Shown here piece after piece: positions 54,764 to 64,000 of a stretch of DNA of 64,000 nt (position 1 is its first letter; each line of letters begins with the position of its first letter). The notes under the pieces are model-generated. The model did not search any database and was not told the DNA's origin. It worked only from the letters and a program-made list of their open reading frames with translations. Origin of the DNA: Candidatus Poriferihabitaceae bacterium (GTDB taxonomy: Bacteria; Pseudomonadota; Gammaproteobacteria; Arenicellales; Poriferihabitantaceae); contig CBDBJR010000002.1 in NCBI GenBank assembly GCA_965206445.1, positions 2,488,280-2,552,279 on the forward strand. The letters are read 5' to 3'. Position numbers and translations under genes: made by a program.

Positions 54764-55090
54764 TTATTTTGACGGCTTTATCGTCCCTCGGGGCATCATC
54801 TGGGCAATCGCCATGCGCTGCACTTTAATCTGCACCCCGTCGGTCACTTCGACGCCAACAAAGTTTTCATCGACTGCGGTTATTTTCCCCAGCACCCCGC
54901 CGTTGGTCACCACCTCGTCGCCTTTTGCCAGCTCGGCCACCATGTTGCGGTGCTCTTTGGCGCGTTTCTGCTGCGGTCGGATCATCAAAAAGTAGAACAC
55001 GACAAAAATCAATATCATCGGCAGCAGCGTAAAAAACTGATTGGAACCGCCGGAGCTTTGTGCCCAGGCATTGGCAATAAAAAAATCCAT
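54764..55090 (-). CDS. yajC: Preprotein translocase subunit YajC
   Basis: FYFLMIRPQQKR, GDEVVTNGG; upstream of secD. Confidence 0.95.
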   Translation of the reverse strand: MDFFIANAWAQSSGGSNQFFTLLPMILIFVVFYFLMIRPQQKRAKEHRNMVAELAKGDEVVTNGGVLGKITAVDENFVGVEVTDGVQIKVQRMAIAQMMPRGTIKPSK

Positions 55091-55255
55091 AATACCGTCC
55101 TGCAAAAAATAGGGTGATTGCGGTGGCGTCGTCAGCCGGAAAAATCCGCGGGTAATTATGCCATATCCGCCGCACGAATGGCAGACTTTTCAACCCGCAG
55201 CGGGCGCGCAGCGGAATTTAATCGCCGGCCGACAACACCGCATCGAACCGCGCGC

Positions 55256-55966
55256 TCAACGCACGGCGGCAGGCGACTGAAACAACTCGGCAACCTGGGC
55301 CAGCGAATGCACCGTATGATTTGGCCGGGTCTGCCAGGGGTCGAAGGCCACCGCCCGATTGCGCTGCACCCAGACCGCCTGCATGCCGACCTGCCGGGCA
55401 CCGCAGACATCGAACGCATTGCTCGAAATCAGCCAGCACTCCGCCAGCGCACACTGCGCCTGCTCGGCAAAATACCGGTAGACAATCGGGTCGGGTTTGA
55501 AGCTGCGCATGGCGTCTACACTGACGATCCGGTCAAAAAAGTCGCGGATGCCGGCGTGGCGCAACAGCGATTCCAGATCCGCCGGTACGCCGTTGGAAAA
55601 GGCGGACAGGCTGACCTCCGCCGCCTGCAACCGCCGCAAGCCATCGACCACGTCGTCGAATACCGGCAGCGTCAGATAATTTTGCAGCAGCCGCGCCCGC
55701 TGCGCCGAATCGAGCTCAACCGCCCATTGCGCGCAGCAAAATTCCAGCGCCTGCTGCGTACAGTGGCGAAAATCCTGGTAGGCGTCCATCAGGCTGTAGC
55801 GCCAGGTATATTCCAATTGTTTTTGCCGCCAGGCATCGGAAAATGCGGCCGCCCGCTCACCAATCATCTGCTGCAGCGCCGCGGTTACGCCGGCAGTATC
55901 AATCAGCGTGCCGTAAACATCGAAGGCCAGCGCTTTGCTCGCGGCTTTGGTTACAGCTTGGGTCAT
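55256..55966 (-). CDS. Haloacid dehalogenase type II
   Basis: AFDVYGTL, WRQKQLEY, FSNG, FKPDP, SSNAFDVCGA. Confidence 0.88.
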   Translation of the reverse strand: MTQAVTKAASKALAFDVYGTLIDTAGVTAALQQMIGERAAAFSDAWRQKQLEYTWRYSLMDAYQDFRHCTQQALEFCCAQWAVELDSAQRARLLQNYLTLPVFDDVVDGLRRLQAAEVSLSAFSNGVPADLESLLRHAGIRDFFDRIVSVDAMRSFKPDPIVYRYFAEQAQCALAECWLISSNAFDVCGARQVGMQAVWVQRNRAVAFDPWQTRPNHTVHSLAQVAELFQSPAAVR

Positions 55967-55998
55967 GGCCCGATCACCCGTGCTAAAATTATGCGCCT

Positions 55999-57936
55999 CT
56001 AGTGCGCCTGGTACATCCGCTCAATCGCGGCGGCAAACCGCTGATGCAGCACCGGCCGCTTGATTTTCAACGTCGGCGTCAACGTGCCGTCATCGACCGT
56101 CCACGGTCGCGTCGTCAAGTGCACCTTATAGATGGCCGCATAACCGGGAAAATCCTTCAGCTGGGCCGCGATTTTTTCCAATATCGGCGTCTGCACCGAC
56201 GCACCCTGCAATGCCGTGTCATCATCCGGCTCGACCCCCAGCGCGCGCGCCCGGGCCGGCCAGGCATCCGGGTTCAACACCACCACGGCACTCAAAAACG
56301 GCCGGCCCTCGCCCAGCACCATCACCTGCTCAAACAGCGGGTCGTTGCAGACCGCCGCCTCGATATCCGCCGGCGGCACCTTTTCACCGGTCGCCATGAC
56401 GATAATATCTTTAATCCGCCCGGTAATGCGGATGAAACCCTGCGCATCCAGGGTCGCAATGTCACCGGTTTTCAGCCAGCCGTCCGGCGTAAACATCGCC
56501 GCGGTCGCCTCCGGGTTGCGCCAGTAGCCCAGCATGATCGATGGGCTGCTGGCCTGCAATTCGCCCTGTTTTCCCAGCCGAATCCGGGTGCCGGCGAGCG
56601 GCAGCCCGATACTGTCCGGCTGATTTTTATCCAGTGTATTGACGCTCAATACCGGGCTGGTTTCGGTCAGGCCGTAGCCCTGGACAATCTCGATATCCAA
56701 ACCGATAAACAATCTGGCAATGTTGCGCCCCAGTGGCGCGCCGCCGCTGATCACAAACCGCAGCGCACCGCCGAAGCGGCGCTTGACCTTGTCGGCAACC
56801 AGCGCGTTCAACAGCGGCCAGAAAATCTGATCGATCGACCAGACAGCCCGCCGCTGCCGGATTTCAAACCGCCGCCAGCCAATCTCGACCGCCCGCTCGA
56901 ATAACCACCGCCGCACCGCGGAGCCGGCCTCGGCCTGCGCCTTGATGCGGGCATGCGCCCGCTCAAAGATGCGCGGCACGGTAATCATCACGGTAGGGCG
57001 AATCGCCGCCATGTCCTCCGGCAGCTCGGGAATAGAGCGGTTAAACGCCACGCAGGCGCCGGCCATCATCGTCAGATAATACCCCGCCGTGCGCTCGAAC
57101 ATGTGGGACAGCGGCAGAAAAGACAAAAACCGATCGCTCGGAAAAACCGCCACACTGCGCAGCCCGGCATACGCCGTCTCCAATATATTGCGGTGCGACA
57201 GCATCACCCCCTTGGGGCGCCCGGTGGTGCCGGACGTATAGACAATGGTCGCCAGCGCCTCGGGCGCCAGTGCAACCGGCTGCCGGGCCGCCGACGCCGC
57301 CTCGCCGCGGCGCAGCCAGTGCGATAGCGGCACCAGCCGCTCGTCGCCGGCCGCACAACACGCCAGGGTCGCCGCCGCATCCGCCGCATCGACCACAACC
57401 ACCCGCTGCAAGCTGTCGAGCGCGTGCGCGGCGGGCATTTGCTGCCATTGCTCAAGCGATTCGACCATCAGCAAGCGGCTCTCGGTCTGCTCGATGATGT
57501 ACGCGACATTGTCCGGTCGGTCGTCGCAATAGACCGGCACCACCACCAGCCCGCCGGCCAGCACCGCTTGATCGCAGAGGATCCATTCCAGCCGATTCGA
57601 CATCCGCACGGCAACCCGCTCACCGGCAGCGAGATTTTCCACCGCCAGCGCATCGCTCCAGCAGTCGGTCTGCTGCGCCACGCGCTCCCAGGAATAGCCC
57701 ACCCAGTCTTTCTCGGCGGCATCGTACTGCCGGTAAGCGGTGCGCGGGCCGCTGCGCTCAACCCGGCAGCGAAACAAGCCGGGCAGCGAAACCGCCTGCT
57801 GCGGCGCAATCACCTCCATCCCCGGCATTGACGTCAGCGCATCATCCGGATACACCTGCGCCAGTTGCCACCCGGCCTCATCGGGCTGATTGGCCGCGTC
57901 AACCTGATGCGGCTTATCGTCGGTCGATTCAGACAT
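55999..57936 (-). CDS. Long-chain fatty acid--CoA ligase
   Basis: YTSGTTGRPKG, LPLSHMFER, GYGLTETSP, TGD, LTPTLKIKR. Confidence 0.92.
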   Translation of the reverse strand: MSESTDDKPHQVDAANQPDEAGWQLAQVYPDDALTSMPGMEVIAPQQAVSLPGLFRCRVERSGPRTAYRQYDAAEKDWVGYSWERVAQQTDCWSDALAVENLAAGERVAVRMSNRLEWILCDQAVLAGGLVVVPVYCDDRPDNVAYIIEQTESRLLMVESLEQWQQMPAAHALDSLQRVVVVDAADAAATLACCAAGDERLVPLSHWLRRGEAASAARQPVALAPEALATIVYTSGTTGRPKGVMLSHRNILETAYAGLRSVAVFPSDRFLSFLPLSHMFERTAGYYLTMMAGACVAFNRSIPELPEDMAAIRPTVMITVPRIFERAHARIKAQAEAGSAVRRWLFERAVEIGWRRFEIRQRRAVWSIDQIFWPLLNALVADKVKRRFGGALRFVISGGAPLGRNIARLFIGLDIEIVQGYGLTETSPVLSVNTLDKNQPDSIGLPLAGTRIRLGKQGELQASSPSIMLGYWRNPEATAAMFTPDGWLKTGDIATLDAQGFIRITGRIKDIIVMATGEKVPPADIEAAVCNDPLFEQVMVLGEGRPFLSAVVVLNPDAWPARARALGVEPDDDTALQGASVQTPILEKIAAQLKDFPGYAAIYKVHLTTRPWTVDDGTLTPTLKIKRPVLHQRFAAAIERMYQAH

Positions 57937-60400
57937 GTGGATTGCCCCCACTCAAACCCGATGGTGCCGACGGCTCCGACGGCCTGTTTTCCGGCTCGAA
58001 ATCATCGACCCGGATCACGTTGCCGACCATCTCGCGGGTACGCGACAGCAGCGCCGCCTCGTCCGTCGTCAGCGATTTTTCCGTCACCAGCCGGTTCAGC
58101 CAGTCCTCGAACCCGATATCGGCGGTCAGCTCGATGCCCGCCTTTTTCAGGCGCCGTCGCAGCGGCCGACTCTCCGCCATCAGCGCAAACGCCGCCTCAA
58201 TCTGCGCCGTGATCTCGGTTTCCACGTCGGTGGCGATATACATATATTCGGTCAGCCGGTCGCGCACCGGGCCGGCTGTTTGCAGCAGCGTCGACACCCG
58301 CCGATTCAGCGCATCGTCCGGCATCTGCAAATAACGCCCGGACGGAAATACCACCGCGCGCAGCAGCACACCCAGCCAGCGCAGCGGATAATTGCGCAGC
58401 ACCCCGTCGAGCGCCTGCTGCACGTGGAACAGCGAATATCTGCACGCCCAGTTCAGCAGCGGCTGCTCTGCTTCCGGCTGCCCATGATCGGAAAACCGTT
58501 TCAGGCTCGCGGAGGCCAGATACAGATGGCTCAACGCATCGGCAAATCGACCCGACAGCATCTCCCTGCGCTTCAAATCGCCGCCCAGAATAAACAGCGT
58601 GATATCGGCCAGATAGGCAAACGCGGCGCTCAGATGCGCGATTTGCTGCGTGAACTTTTTGCCGGCGTCGATCTCGCCGCCATAAGCCAGCCTGCCGCGG
58701 CCCAAACCATACACAAAGGCGCGCAGCTTATTCTCGACAATATGCCCGATGTGCTGCCGCATCGCCCGATCGAACTCATCCATACCGGCCGTTTCATCCT
58801 GCATCGACACCGCCTGCACCTCCTTGAGCAGGTAGGGATGGCAGCGCATCGCGCCCTGACCGAAGATGATCATGCTGCGCGTCAATATATTTGCGCCCTC
58901 GACGGTAATGCCAATCGGAATCTGCTGATACGCGCGCGCCAGATAATTGCCGCGGCCCATACAGATGCCTTTGCCGCCATGCAGGTCCATCGCATCATTG
59001 ACCACGATGCGCGACAGGTCGGTGCACTGCTGCTTGACGATGGCCGACATCACCGCCGGCTTCTCGCCCAGCGCCAGGGCACTCGCCATCAACAGACGCC
59101 CGCTATCGAGCAAATAGGTCAGCCCGCCAATCCGCGCCAGCACCTCTTCGATGCCTTCGAATTTGCCGATCTCGATGCCAAACTGTTCGCGTATGCAGGC
59201 GTAAGCACCGCTGGTGCGCGCCGCCACTTTGGCCGCACCGGCGCCGGCGGCGGGCAATGAAATACCGCGCCCGGCAGCCAGCGACTCCATCAGCATGCGC
59301 CAGCCCTGACCGACCCGCTCCTGACCGCCGATCACCCAGTGCATCGGGATAAAGACATCTTTGCCCCAGTTCGGGCCGTTTTGAAACGCCGAATTCAGCG
59401 GCAGATGCCGCCGGCCGATCGACACCCCTTTGGTCGTGGTGGGAATCAGCGCACAGGTAATGCCGAGGTCATACTGCTCGCCCAGCAAGCCGTCCGGGTC
59501 GTAGGTCTTGAACGCCAGCCCCAGCAGGGTCGCCACCGGGCCGAGGGTAATGTAGCGCTTCTCCCAATTGACGCGAAACCCCAGCACCTCTTCGCCGTCG
59601 TAGACGTCCCGGCACACCACCCCGCTATCCGGCATACCGCCAGCGTCCGAGCCGGCCCAGGGGTTGGTCAACCCGAAGCACGGCACTTCCTTGCCGGCCA
59701 CCAGCCGCGGCAGATAGTGGTCTTTCTGCTCCTGCGTGCCGTAGTGATACAGCAACTCCGCCGGGCCGAGCGAATTGGGCACCATCACCGTAACCGCCAG
59801 CGTGCCGCTGCGGGTGGCCAGCTTTTGCACGATGCACGACTGCGCATAGCCGGAAAACCCCAGACCGCCGTACTCGGCCGGCACATTCAAGCCGAAGAAT
59901 TTATTCGCCTTGATAAAATCCCAGAGTGAGGCCGGCAAATCATTCAGCTGGTGCGTGATCTTCCAGTCATCGGCCAGTGCACACAGCTGCTCGGTCGGGC
60001 CGTCAATGAACGCCTGCTCGGCCTCACTGAGCGCCGGCTTGCTGACGGCAAACAGCTTGTTCCAGTTCGGCTTGCCGGAAAACAGCTCGGCATCCCACCA
60101 GACGGTGCCGGCCTCGATGGCCTGCTGTTCGGTCGGCGAAATCGGCGGCATAACCCGCTTGACCAGATTGAACAACGGGACCGTCAGGCAGATTCGCCGC
60201 AGGCCCGGCAAATAATACAGCAGCAGCGTCAACGACACCCACACCAGCAGCAGCAATGCCGCCGGCACCGGGCTGGCAAAACCGGTCACCAGGGCGACAA
60301 AAAACACACCGCAGCCGACCAGCAGCCAGGTTTTCAGCGTCATATGCAGCCAGGCAAACGCGACCGCCAGCCCTATCAGCAGCAACACAGATATCATCAT
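57929..60400 (-). CDS. fadE: Acyl-CoA dehydrogenase FadE
   Basis: 823 aa; N-terminal TMs, MVPNSLGP, AGSDAG, ITVEGANILTR. Confidence 0.93.
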   Translation of the reverse strand: MMISVLLLIGLAVAFAWLHMTLKTWLLVGCGVFFVALVTGFASPVPAALLLLVWVSLTLLLYYLPGLRRICLTVPLFNLVKRVMPPISPTEQQAIEAGTVWWDAELFSGKPNWNKLFAVSKPALSEAEQAFIDGPTEQLCALADDWKITHQLNDLPASLWDFIKANKFFGLNVPAEYGGLGFSGYAQSCIVQKLATRSGTLAVTVMVPNSLGPAELLYHYGTQEQKDHYLPRLVAGKEVPCFGLTNPWAGSDAGGMPDSGVVCRDVYDGEEVLGFRVNWEKRYITLGPVATLLGLAFKTYDPDGLLGEQYDLGITCALIPTTTKGVSIGRRHLPLNSAFQNGPNWGKDVFIPMHWVIGGQERVGQGWRMLMESLAAGRGISLPAAGAGAAKVAARTSGAYACIREQFGIEIGKFEGIEEVLARIGGLTYLLDSGRLLMASALALGEKPAVMSAIVKQQCTDLSRIVVNDAMDLHGGKGICMGRGNYLARAYQQIPIGITVEGANILTRSMIIFGQGAMRCHPYLLKEVQAVSMQDETAGMDEFDRAMRQHIGHIVENKLRAFVYGLGRGRLAYGGEIDAGKKFTQQIAHLSAAFAYLADITLFILGGDLKRREMLSGRFADALSHLYLASASLKRFSDHGQPEAEQPLLNWACRYSLFHVQQALDGVLRNYPLRWLGVLLRAVVFPSGRYLQMPDDALNRRVSTLLQTAGPVRDRLTEYMYIATDVETEITAQIEAAFALMAESRPLRRRLKKAGIELTADIGFEDWLNRLVTEKSLTTDEAALLSRTREMVGNVIRVDDFEPENRPSEPSAPSGLSGGNPHV

Positions 60401-60470
60401 GCAATCCCCCGATTAACGCACCAAACACCGCTGTGCGGACAGCGCAGAACCGCGCGACCGCAGCGCACAA

Positions 60471-62426
60471 TCAACCCGCCCGCGCACCGGCGAGCGGGGC
60501 CAAAAACGCCGTCTCTTTGGCCAGCGAATCGATCCGGGTTTGCGCCTGACGGAAACCGTGCCCTTCGCCGGCATACTCGTGATACGCATAGCGCAAACCG
60601 TTGGCTTCCAGCGCCGCCGCCATTTCCCGCGACACCGCCGGTGGCACCACCCGATCGTCCAGCCCCTGAAACAAAATCAGCGGACTGCGCAGCGACGACA
60701 GGCTGAAAATCGGCGAACGCTGCCGGTACAGGCTGTCCGGCAGCGTGGCCGTCCGCCGGTCAAACGCCTCGCCGACCAGGCGCTCGGTATATCTCGCCTC
60801 GAACTTGTGGGTCACTTCCGCCAGCGTAATCAAATTGCCAATCCCGTAATACGACACGCCGGCGGCGAACTGCTGCGGGTAGCGCGTCAGTGCGCACAGC
60901 ACCACATACCCGCCCGCACTGCCGCCGCGGATGAACACCTTGTCGGCCTCCACCCAGCCCTGATCGACGACGAAACGCACGCCGTCGGCAATATCATTCA
61001 CATCCAGCTCGCCCCACTGCCCGAGCAGCCGCTGCCGATAAGCGCGGCCATAGCCGGTACTGCCGCGATGATTGACATCCAGCACCGCACAGCCCAGCGA
61101 AACAAAATACTGCTTCAGCAGGTGCAGCTCGGCGGTGGCGCGACCGGTAGGCCCGCCGTGGACAAACACCATCAGCGGCGACCGGCGGTCGGTGCGGCGC
61201 GGCGCATAATAAAACGCATGCACCGCTGCGCCATCGCGGGCCGGAAACGTAATCGCCTCCGGCGGTCGATACGCGCCTTGCCGGCCTCGACCAGCCTCCG
61301 ACGTGCGCCAGATGCAGGTCAACTTACCCGTGTCCGCACCGACAGTCAAGACCGCCGGGGCGCGGTCGGGATAGCCGGCCACCAACAGACACTGCGCCTC
61401 ATCGCCCCCCTGCAGGCGGCGCAATTGACTGCAAGCGGCGAACCCCGAGCCCAACGTCGTGGCGACCGGCGGCGCGCCGTCAACCCGCCAGTCGAGCAAC
61501 ACCAGACTGTCGCCCTGCCGGTCGGTCGCCACCGCCACCAGCCGGCGCTGATCGACCGGCTGCCAGCGCTGCTGCCCAAACACCCAGTGCGCCTCGCCGT
61601 ATTCCACCTGATCCGCCGTCAGTTGCCGCACCGTGCCGGCCTGCCAGACGAAAAAATTCCAGTAGCCGGAATCCTTTTCACTAATGAAGACCAGACTGTT
61701 GTCCGGCATAAAACCCGGCTGGCATACCGCCACATCCGGGTAGTCGAACACGGCGCTGATGTGCCGCAAGGCACCGCCGCCGTCCTCGTCCGCCCACTGC
61801 GCCCGCATCAACCGCGACTGATCCCAGGGCATGTAGGGGTGATCCCACTCGAACCAGGCCACCTGGGTTTGATCGTCGCTGATGCACAGCCCGGCGTAGA
61901 AATCCGCCCCGCTGGCCAGCACCACCGGCGGCGCCCCAGCCGCGCGCAGGCTGACGGCGACCAGCAGGTTTTCATTCTCCCGCCCCGGGCGCCGGCGCTC
62001 GGCCACCGCCAGCAGCCAGTGTTTATCCGGCGTCGCCACCAGGTCGGCAAAGCCGACAAATTGCCTGTCCGCGTTATCCAGCAACACCGTCGGCGCCGCC
62101 GAGCCGTCGAGCGGCTGCCGGTACAAGCCGCCGTCCGCAAACCGGCTAAAGAGGATCTGATCGTCCAGCCGGCAAAAGCAGCAGCCGCCGTACTCATGCA
62201 CCCGGGTGCGGATATTGAAGCCCTCCGGCGTGCGGCATACGGCCGATTGCGCGGCCACCTGCATCAACGCCGTGCGCCCCGCCTGCTGCGGCAGCGCTTG
62301 CAGAAAATAATACCGCCCGGCATGTGCAAACGGATACATCGGCGCCGAAGGCTGCGAGAACAACCCGGCGATATCCAGGTCGCTCTGCCAGAAGTCGGCA
62401 TTTGGCTGCGTGTTTTTTTGCATCAT
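60471..62426 (-). CDS. S9-family peptidase
   Basis: TRVHEYGG, HGGPT, GGSAGG, QGLDD, EGHGFR. Confidence 0.92.
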   Translation of the reverse strand: MMQKNTQPNADFWQSDLDIAGLFSQPSAPMYPFAHAGRYYFLQALPQQAGRTALMQVAAQSAVCRTPEGFNIRTRVHEYGGCCFCRLDDQILFSRFADGGLYRQPLDGSAAPTVLLDNADRQFVGFADLVATPDKHWLLAVAERRRPGRENENLLVAVSLRAAGAPPVVLASGADFYAGLCISDDQTQVAWFEWDHPYMPWDQSRLMRAQWADEDGGGALRHISAVFDYPDVAVCQPGFMPDNSLVFISEKDSGYWNFFVWQAGTVRQLTADQVEYGEAHWVFGQQRWQPVDQRRLVAVATDRQGDSLVLLDWRVDGAPPVATTLGSGFAACSQLRRLQGGDEAQCLLVAGYPDRAPAVLTVGADTGKLTCIWRTSEAGRGRQGAYRPPEAITFPARDGAAVHAFYYAPRRTDRRSPLMVFVHGGPTGRATAELHLLKQYFVSLGCAVLDVNHRGSTGYGRAYRQRLLGQWGELDVNDIADGVRFVVDQGWVEADKVFIRGGSAGGYVVLCALTRYPQQFAAGVSYYGIGNLITLAEVTHKFEARYTERLVGEAFDRRTATLPDSLYRQRSPIFSLSSLRSPLILFQGLDDRVVPPAVSREMAAALEANGLRYAYHEYAGEGHGFRQAQTRIDSLAKETAFLAPLAGARAG

Positions 62427-62439
62427 CGGCCCGCGTCGC

Positions 62440-62958
62440 CTATGGCAGCGACCCCACCATCAGCCGCGTCGCACCGTCCACCAGACCGTGCCGCTGAAAA
62501 AACCCGACCGGCGCCTCGAGCGCGTATTGAAACGGCACCCCCGGCCCGTACAGCGGCCGATGGTCGCCGCTGTACGTCCGCATCACCATCGAGCGCATCA
62601 GCATACCGTCACTGTCAAAAAAACCAATCTCCAGCGGCGCCCGCACGTTGTTCATGTGAAAGCGCCCCGACACCGCCTCGGCATAGCGGAACAACATGGT
62701 CGTGCGGGCGATGACGTCGGGGCAGATGTACTGATAGCCGGCGGCCCGCTGCTGCGGGTCATTGGCAATCATCGTCTCAATCGGAATGGTTTTGCCGTAC
62801 TGATTCTCCATCCGAATGGTCGCATCGCGCATCCGCTCCATACTCGGCGTGGACGGCGAGCAGACCGCCTGCGCCTGTACCGTCAGCGACAATAACCACC
62901 CCAATAAACCGCACAGCCGGCAGATCGCAGCGCAGTGGGTTGGCATCGGAATTGGCAT
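62440..62958 (-). CDS. DUF192 exported protein (start approximate)
   Basis: IANDPQQRAAG, MLFRY, FHMNNVRAPLEIGF, YALEAPVGFF. Confidence 0.8.
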   Translation of the reverse strand: MPIPMPTHCAAICRLCGLLGWLLSLTVQAQAVCSPSTPSMERMRDATIRMENQYGKTIPIETMIANDPQQRAAGYQYICPDVIARTTMLFRYAEAVSGRFHMNNVRAPLEIGFFDSDGMLMRSMVMRTYSGDHRPLYGPGVPFQYALEAPVGFFQRHGLVDGATRLMVGSLP

Positions 62959-63097
62959 TATTGGGTTGGGTGGTGGAGATGTGGCTACCATAGCCGAAAG
63001 CGGCAAAAAATTCCAGCATCTGTATGGGCGGCTGCGGGGCGCCATCGGTCAGGCCGTTTTATGGTATATTTCCTGGGTTCCCAGCCCAAGATCGACA

Positions 63098-64000
63098 ATG
63101 AGTTTACAAGCAACCCTTGACCAGATCATACAATTATTGCGGCGAGGGCGATTCACCTCCGAGGCAGATGTATCCCAGGGCATTGTTTTGCAGGTACTAC
63201 GCGACTTGGAATGGGACACCGGCAATATCGAAATCGTCATACCCGAATACACTGCCGGACGAGGACGGGTTGACTTTGCGTTGTGCCCCGCTCCTGGCAA
63301 AAAACCAGTTATATTCATCGAAGTCAAGAAGCCCGCCTTAGATGAGGGCGCCGAACAATTGCTGGAGTATGCTTTCAAGCACGGTGGCGTTCCCATGGCG
63401 GTGCTGACCAACGGACAGGTCAGCAGATTTTATCTTCCGGGGGAGCTCGGCGATTTCCAGGAGCGGCAATTCTACAACCTGGATTTATTACAGCGCAGTG
63501 TCGATGAAGCCGTAGAGGTCTTTTCCCGCTTCCTGCACCGTGACCGGGTCGTTTCCGGCGCTGCTCTGGAACAGGCAAAAAAAGAGCTGGCGGGAAAGAC
63601 GAAAAACAAGACAATCATGCACACCCTGCCACAAGCGTGGCACGCTCTATTGGAAGAACCGGATGGCCTGCTTTGCGATCTGTTGATTGACAAAACCGAG
63701 TCGCTGTGCGGCTACGCACCGACGCCTCAAGCTGTTGCAGATTTTCTGCAACAGCAGCATCAATCACCGCAAATACCGCCGGCACCAGCAGTCACTCTTC
63801 GGGCTGCGGAAAACAGCAGTCCCTATGAACCAGTAAAAATACCGTCATCCAAAACCAAAATAATCGGCTATGAACTCGATGGCAGCCGACACACGAATTT
63901 AATTGGCAGCACTACCATTATGGCGATCTTCGATGAATTCCAGCGTCGAGACGACACTTTCCTCCCTCGTTTGCAAGCTCGAACCAGCCAGAAACGCCCA
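63098..64000 (+). CDS. HsdR-N-like PD-(D/E)XK restriction endonuclease-domain protein, partial (runs off the window)
   Basis: Translated by hand because it is absent from the ORF track: SEADVSQGIV...LEWD...PEY...RVDFAL...FIEVK...EQLLEYAF...AVLTNG; open to the window end. Confidence 0.8.
   Translation, partial: MSLQATLDQIIQLLRRGRFTSEADVSQGIVLQVLRDLEWDTGNIEIVIPEYTAGRGRVDFALCPAPGKKPVIFIEVKKPALDEGAEQLLEYAFKHGGVPMAVLTNGQVSRFYLPGELGDFQERQFYNLDLLQRSVDEAVEVFSRFLHRDRVVSGAALEQAKKELAGKTKNKTIMHTLPQAWHALLEEPDGLLCDLLIDKTESLCGYAPTPQAVADFLQQQHQSPQIPPAPAVTLRAAENSSPYEPVKIPSSKTKIIGYELDGSRHTNLIGSTTIMAIFDEFQRRDDTFLPRLQARTSQKRP

Overview
This is a GC-rich gammaproteobacterial chromosome segment, plausibly marine or host-associated (inference), made mostly of housekeeping and catabolic genes. 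It carries an amine catabolism cluster (class III aminotransferase, gamma-glutamyl-amine ligase, TMADH/histamine dehydrogenase-like flavoprotein), an RND pump, a DUF2723 glycosyltransferase, leucine catabolism genes (ivd, thiolase, mccB, mccA) and a MoxR/DUF58/VWA/Bat operon. It also holds folE2-dxs-ispA-xseB, parE, hemL, rpmE, a stand-alone fusA, ilvA, ribD, secF-secD-yajC and fadD-like/fadE genes. The most unusual signal is intergenic. Small, mostly AT-rich foreign-looking inserts (about 251-1083, 6262-7016, 13917-15500 and 24389-24960) sit at or between REP-like palindromes. One REP family has a GGAG tetranucleotide, a covarying 8-bp stem and a TTCC loop. One insert is bracketed by a 70-bp direct repeat and carries an HD-domain gene plus a promoter and the 5' half of a tRNA-Leu that breaks at the anticodon loop. 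There are also two composite (TTCCYAA)n/GNA-hairpin arrays, a ~585-bp tandem duplication that leaves an orphan nuclease domain, and many short tandem expansions. No integrase, transposase, reverse transcriptase or CRISPR array is visible. Gene calls rest on motif recognition from memory; no database searches were run.
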